A stretch of DNA of 64,000 nucleotides. It comes from Promethearchaeota archaeon (GTDB lineage: Archaea; Asgardarchaeota; Lokiarchaeia; Sigyniarchaeales; SOKP01). Within the stretch, counting starts at the first letter, position 1; the number at the start of each line of letters is the position of its first letter. The stretch spans positions 1-64,000 of the forward strand of contig JBHLPW010000009.1 of assembly GCA_048939015.1 (NCBI GenBank), read 5' to 3'. The position numbers and the translations under genes were made by a program. Under the pieces are notes generated by a model. The model ran no database searches and had not been told where the DNA came from. It saw only the letters and a program-made list of their open reading frames with translations. Shown piece by piece: positions 59,536 to 64,000 of this stretch.

Positions 59536-59551
59536 TAAAGACTGGACAAAA

Positions 59552-61147
59552 ATGGCGCTTTGGAAAATAATTGCAAAGAATGAAATAAAACTTAGAACTA
59601 ATAAATTCCGAAACCACCGGTTTTTATTTTTTGTTCTTTTGTATTTATTTTTTATTATTTGGGCGTTTATTTTAGCTCCGATGCTTTTTAACTTTTTTAT
59701 GCCAACATTAGCAGAAGCGATTCCAGAAATAAATTTAGCAGTCGCCTTAGTAATTGAATATGTGTTAATGGCTTTCTTTTTATCTATTTTTATTTATCCC
59801 TTAAACAGTATATATAGGAAAATTGAAATTGGTTTTAAAGAAATAATATTGGCATCACCAGCTACTCCAGGTGATATTTTCTTAGGAGAACTCGTTGGAA
59901 AATTGCCAATTTTTTTAGGCGGAGTTTTACTTTTCGCTCCAATAATAACCGGAATGCTCAATCCTATTATTAATTTAAATCTAATTCAATATATTATTAT
60001 TTATACTTGTATTTTTGGATTAGTATTATTTGCAACTTTACTTGGTTCCATAATTGCGGCATGGTTAGAGCACAAAATAGCTAAAAGTGATCGAGCAAAG
60101 GATTTAGGAAAAATTCTATTATTTTTCTTATCTATTGCGATGGTAGCAATAATATATACTTTGCAATTCCTATTTGAATTTCTTATATCAAATCCACAAT
60201 TAAGGAATTGGGTATTGTTTTATCCTTCTTTATGGTTTTCTAATATTATTTTGTTTTCTATTGAACCAAGTTTGATAAGTAGCTATATATTAAACATATG
60301 GGCAAATATAGCATTAGTAATAATAATACCTCTGATTATATTTATAATTGCTTATAAAAAAGCTAATAAATTCTTTACTGTCGAAGGTGGCATAGAGAAA
60401 ATATCTTCAACAATAGAAAGAGAAAATAAATTTTATATTTTGACAAGGAAATTAACAGGTCATAAATGGGAAGGGTTAATAATAACTCAATTAAAAGAAT
60501 TTTTGAGAAGAAGGGAAAGTATAATGAAGTTTGCCTATTTATTAGGACTAGTGGGTGTATTAGGTGTTCTTTTCTCATCATTTGGTTTGGACTATTTGAT
60601 TGGTCAATCAATAGTAATCACAATGATAATAATTATTGGAGGAATAATGTATAGTCTTCTATTTGGAAGCTATATTTTTGTTGGTAGCAAAGATTTAATT
60701 TGGGTATATAAAAGAAGCCCTCGATCTATTCGAGGTTTAGTTTTTTCATATCTTCTCGCCATGTTAATTTTTAACATACTTATGGCATTAGGACTTACAA
60801 TTTTCTTTTCATTCATACTTAAATTCGATTTTTTCAATATCATATTTTTCTTTAGTTTTTATTTAATAAATAGTGAAGTGGCAATTTCTCAAGCTGTTGG
60901 AATCCAATGTTTAAGCCCCGCTTTTGAAGAAAAAGGTAGTGAAATGACATCAAATAACCTTTTTTTAATGATTCTTCAACTAATACCTTTTCAGTTTATT
61001 TTGTTATTCATTATAGTAGCATTTCCAGCACCAACTTCTCCTATTTTAGCAAGATTCCATTATCTTATGCCATTGTTATTGATTTCTATATTAAGTGCAA
61101 TTCCATTATTATTTCTAGGATTAAGAAAATTAAATAGAATTGAATAA
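59552..61147 (+). CDS. ABC exporter permease (multi-TM)
   Basis: Follows the ATPase; KNEIK, ILASP, LKEFLR, YKRSP. Confidence 0.8.
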   Translation: MALWKIIAKNEIKLRTNKFRNHRFLFFVLLYLFFIIWAFILAPMLFNFFMPTLAEAIPEINLAVALVIEYVLMAFFLSIFIYPLNSIYRKIEIGFKEIILASPATPGDIFLGELVGKLPIFLGGVLLFAPIITGMLNPIINLNLIQYIIIYTCIFGLVLFATLLGSIIAAWLEHKIAKSDRAKDLGKILLFFLSIAMVAIIYTLQFLFEFLISNPQLRNWVLFYPSLWFSNIILFSIEPSLISSYILNIWANIALVIIIPLIIFIIAYKKANKFFTVEGGIEKISSTIERENKFYILTRKLTGHKWEGLIITQLKEFLRRRESIMKFAYLLGLVGVLGVLFSSFGLDYLIGQSIVITMIIIIGGIMYSLLFGSYIFVGSKDLIWVYKRSPRSIRGLVFSYLLAMLIFNILMALGLTIFFSFILKFDFFNIIFFFSFYLINSEVAISQAVGIQCLSPAFEEKGSEMTSNNLFLMILQLIPFQFILLFIIVAFPAPTSPILARFHYLMPLLLISILSAIPLLFLGLRKLNRIE

Positions 61148-61203
61148 GATATTTGAAAAATATGTAAACGAAGTGACACAAAATCTTGTCTCTTTTTAAA
61201 AAT

Positions 61204-62688
61204 TTATACTTTAGGGATAAAAATAATAAACTTACTCCCCTCTTCATAATTCCCTTCTACCTTATCTTCAACCCAAATTCTTCCATTATAGGCTTCTATT
61301 ATTTTCTTTGATAAAGATAATCCCAAACCGAGACCTGTAATTTGTTTATCCATATTTTCAGTTCTTTGGAATACTATTTCTTTTCGATCATCCTCAATAC
61401 CAATCCCATTATCTATAAATTGAATTTTAATATAGGATTTATTATCTTCCGTTTCAATTGTAATTATAACGTTGATTACTACTTCAGGATTGTCATTAAA
61501 TACGATAGCATTGATAAATATGTTTTGAAATACTTCAATAAGAAAATCATTTGCATTGACATAAACACTGCTTTCCTGAGAATCAATTTTAATATTAATT
61601 TTTTTGTGCTGAAAAAAATCTAATAAATTTGTTATTGAAATTTTTAAAAGCTTAATAACCTCAATGGGTGTGAAATTTTCACTTTCTATTTCTATTTGGG
61701 AAAAGGTACTAATATTTTTAATTAATCTTACTCCTCTTCTAATCTCATTTAAAATAATCTTTAAAATTCTATATATCCCCATTTCATCTTTAGATTTAAG
61801 ATAGATTTCAATTAATTCTGTACCTGATTGAATTCCTTGAAGTATATTATTCATATCATGTGAGAATAAATCTCTTAAAAAATTTGCCTGATTATATGCA
61901 TTCTTATAACTTTGTTCCGATTTCTTTAATGTAACTTCAGCATTAATCCGTTCTGTAATATCCTCATAAGTTCCGAGAACACCTATAACATTTCCATTTG
62001 AATCATGTAAAGGAATTTTATTTGAGTCTAACCAAGCTTCTTTTCCATCAGCTTGTAATTGAGATTCAATTATATGATATTCAGGTTTGTCTGATTCCAT
62101 GACAAACCGATCAATTTCAAAAAAAGATTCTGCTTCTTCCTTTTTCCAAACTAGATCTTGGTCATATTTACCGACAATTTTCTCCGCTGTACCTACCCCT
62201 GCTACTCTAGCGAAATTCTCGTTACAACCTAAAAACTTAGAATCTTTATCCTTCCAAAAAATGAATTGAGGGATATTATCTAATACCAATTGGAACATTT
62301 GTTTAGATCTGTTTAAATCTTCTAATATATTTTTAGTTTCTGTAATGTTTTTTATAATAGTTAAATAATATTGAGGTTTTCTGTCATTATCCTTAATTAA
62401 AATAGAAGTTATTTCTCCAAAGTAATAGGAATTCTTATTTAATATGAGTTTTAATTCGAAACCCTTTACTTTCTCATTTTTCATCAATTCTCGCGATTTT
62501 TCTATAGCAATTTCTATGCTATCAGGATGAATAAAGTCTAATATATTTTTTCCAATGAATTTGCCTTTATCCTTTGAACCATAAAATTCTAAAGCACTCT
62601 GGGAAAGATCAGTGACATTGCCATTCAAGTCTGTTAAAATAACTATATCTGGAAAGTCTTTCAATAAATAGTTTATAATATTACTCAT
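61204..62688 (-). CDS. PAS-PAS sensor histidine kinase
   Basis: Two PAS/PAC domains; FSHDMNN, NIFINA, DNGIGI, GLGLGL. Confidence 0.92.
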   Translation of the reverse strand: MSNIINYLLKDFPDIVILTDLNGNVTDLSQSALEFYGSKDKGKFIGKNILDFIHPDSIEIAIEKSRELMKNEKVKGFELKLILNKNSYYFGEITSILIKDNDRKPQYYLTIIKNITETKNILEDLNRSKQMFQLVLDNIPQFIFWKDKDSKFLGCNENFARVAGVGTAEKIVGKYDQDLVWKKEEAESFFEIDRFVMESDKPEYHIIESQLQADGKEAWLDSNKIPLHDSNGNVIGVLGTYEDITERINAEVTLKKSEQSYKNAYNQANFLRDLFSHDMNNILQGIQSGTELIEIYLKSKDEMGIYRILKIILNEIRRGVRLIKNISTFSQIEIESENFTPIEVIKLLKISITNLLDFFQHKKINIKIDSQESSVYVNANDFLIEVFQNIFINAIVFNDNPEVVINVIITIETEDNKSYIKIQFIDNGIGIEDDRKEIVFQRTENMDKQITGLGLGLSLSKKIIEAYNGRIWVEDKVEGNYEEGSKFIIFIPKV

Positions 62689-62754
62689 AAAAATAACCTC
62701 ATTTGTTAGAATAAAAAAGACTATTTTATTAATAGATTCTGAACTTTTAAATCA

Positions 62755-63531
62755 TTAATGTTCGTCTAAATCTTTCCTTAACAAAGTTTTCAATTCTTCT
62801 TCTGAAAGATGTACATCCTTTATAGGAGTATAATTTCTATTAAAGTATTTTTTTAGGGCATTAGGCATTAACCAAGCTAAAGAAAATCCTATTGAAAAAC
62901 AAACTACTATAATTGCTGTTAATCCGAAAACAATTAGACTTATAGGATGATTTGGATCACCCCAAAATACACCTCTTGGCTGAAAGAACTCTAGGATGTT
63001 ATTTAGACTCAAAATAAATGAAAAAATAAAAATCATTTTGTATCGTAATTTTATCCAAGGTTGGATATTCTCAATTTTAATTCTTAAATATACCCGATAT
63101 GATGAAAAGGCTAGCCAATTAAAAACAAGTAAAGTATATGGAACATCTAAACTGACACGAATATAATATAGGGATCTTTCATTAATTATAAAAAAAATAA
63201 TTTGAATCATTCCTAAAATGATAACAATTATTAATACCAATTTGGCTTTTGATTCTGTATCCTTATAGAAAGTCCTATTCGTAAATATAACCGTTAATAC
63301 ATAACCAGTAAAAATGCAAACTTCAAGAAATAAGGAACCCAGACTAAATATAAAATTTCCAATAAATCCTAATGAAATAGAAAGAAAACCAAAACCCACA
63401 ATTAGAAAATTGTTATTTTTACTCTTAATACTTCGAATCAAAAAATGGATCGAAATTAACAAGGTTGTACCTATAAAAGCAAGAAAAAAGGAAATGAAAG
63501 TTAAATACAGAATATTTATTGAAATATTTAT
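62755..63531 (-). CDS. Multi-pass (about 7 TM) membrane protein
   Basis: Hydrophobic segments; frame extends 23 codons beyond track start to ATA 63531, overlapping the upstream TAA. Confidence 0.7.
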   Translation of the reverse strand: MNISINILYLTFISFFLAFIGTTLLISIHFLIRSIKSKNNNFLIVGFGFLSISLGFIGNFIFSLGSLFLEVCIFTGYVLTVIFTNRTFYKDTESKAKLVLIIVIILGMIQIIFFIINERSLYYIRVSLDVPYTLLVFNWLAFSSYRVYLRIKIENIQPWIKLRYKMIFIFSFILSLNNILEFFQPRGVFWGDPNHPISLIVFGLTAIIVVCFSIGFSLAWLMPNALKKYFNRNYTPIKDVHLSEEELKTLLRKDLDEH

Positions 63532-63803
63532 ACTCCTCCAATAGTAATTAATGATTGTATACTTCTTAACTCTGTTATTAAGTATTCTATTATCTCGTAT
63601 GACGTATTAATGCTTAACTTATCCAATCTCAGTCTTAATGCCTTTTCAATCGCATTTTTAAAATCATCATAATCTAACTGATTAAGTGGTTTAAACGGAC
63701 CCACTTCATCCTTTATAGATAATTTTAATAAACCTCTTGCAGCAGGCGGGGAAATATGTATTTTTTGAGATAGTTTTTCAGCTAAAAGATAGACAATTTC
63801 CAT
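63528..63803 (-). CDS. Small helical hypothetical protein
   Basis: 91 aa; ISPPAARGLLKLSIKDE; first gene of an apparent three-gene unit. Confidence 0.65.
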   Translation of the reverse strand: MEIVYLLAEKLSQKIHISPPAARGLLKLSIKDEVGPFKPLNQLDYDDFKNAIEKALRLRLDKLSINTSYEIIEYLITELRSIQSLITIGGV

Positions 63804-63931
63804 TAATAACGTTAAGAAACTAAATTAAGAATTTTTTTCTTTAAAATATTCAATCTATTTTAGGTTTATAAACTTATTTTTTACAAAAAATGATTAGATC
63901 TAATTATTTTGGAGAAAATAACTTAAAAAAT

Positions 63932-64000
63932 TTACTTTAATTCAAGTTCAGCGATTTTATTTAATTCTTCTTTTAATACATCATCTATAGGTCTTAAAGA
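63932..64000 (-). CDS. 3' end of a gene entering from the right edge
   Basis: Frame SLRPIDDVLKEELNKIAELELK*. Confidence 0.45.
   Translation of the reverse strand, partial: SLRPIDDVLKEELNKIAELELK

Noticed and set aside
1352-63544. Numerous 60-160 aa ORFs antisense to or nested in long genes (for example 6679-6981, 22942-23418, 37076-37414, 55882-56346)
   Set aside because: They are shadow frames of well-supported genes and carry no motifs.
1-64000. CRISPR array, rRNA, IS elements
   Set aside because: I saw no regularly spaced repeats, long GC-rich structural RNA, transposase ORFs or terminal inverted repeats.

Overview
AT-rich, gene-dense archaeal chromosomal segment. The gene content points to Asgard archaea, most likely Lokiarchaeia (inference). 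The supporting genes are a Rag-like and an Arf-like small GTPase, several longin/uDENN-like domains, a UEV/RWD-like domain, Ftr, a methanogenesis-marker-9 domain protein, HdrD-like Fe-S proteins, archaeal Hsp20 and a tRNA-His with a BHB-type intron. I saw no CRISPR array, rRNA or mobile element. The most unusual element is an apparent six-gene minus-strand operon at 7455-16806. It encodes two ABC-2 permeases, one ordinary ABC ATPase, and a predicted extracellular prenyltransferase-repeat protein fused through one TM helix to an intact ABC ATPase. It also encodes a UEV/RWD-like domain fused to a catalytically degenerate ABC ATPase, and a longin domain fused to TM helices. Other highlights are a Rag-like/Arf-like GTPase pair converging on a kinase-less longin-PAS-GAF-PAS sensor, a C13 peptidase with an inserted carbohydrate-binding-like domain, and an ABC permease-CPBP protease fusion. 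Four genes appear to need non-NTG start codons, including one gene missing from the ORF track, and the tRNA-His intron sits in the T-loop. All family calls come from motif recognition by eye, without database searches.
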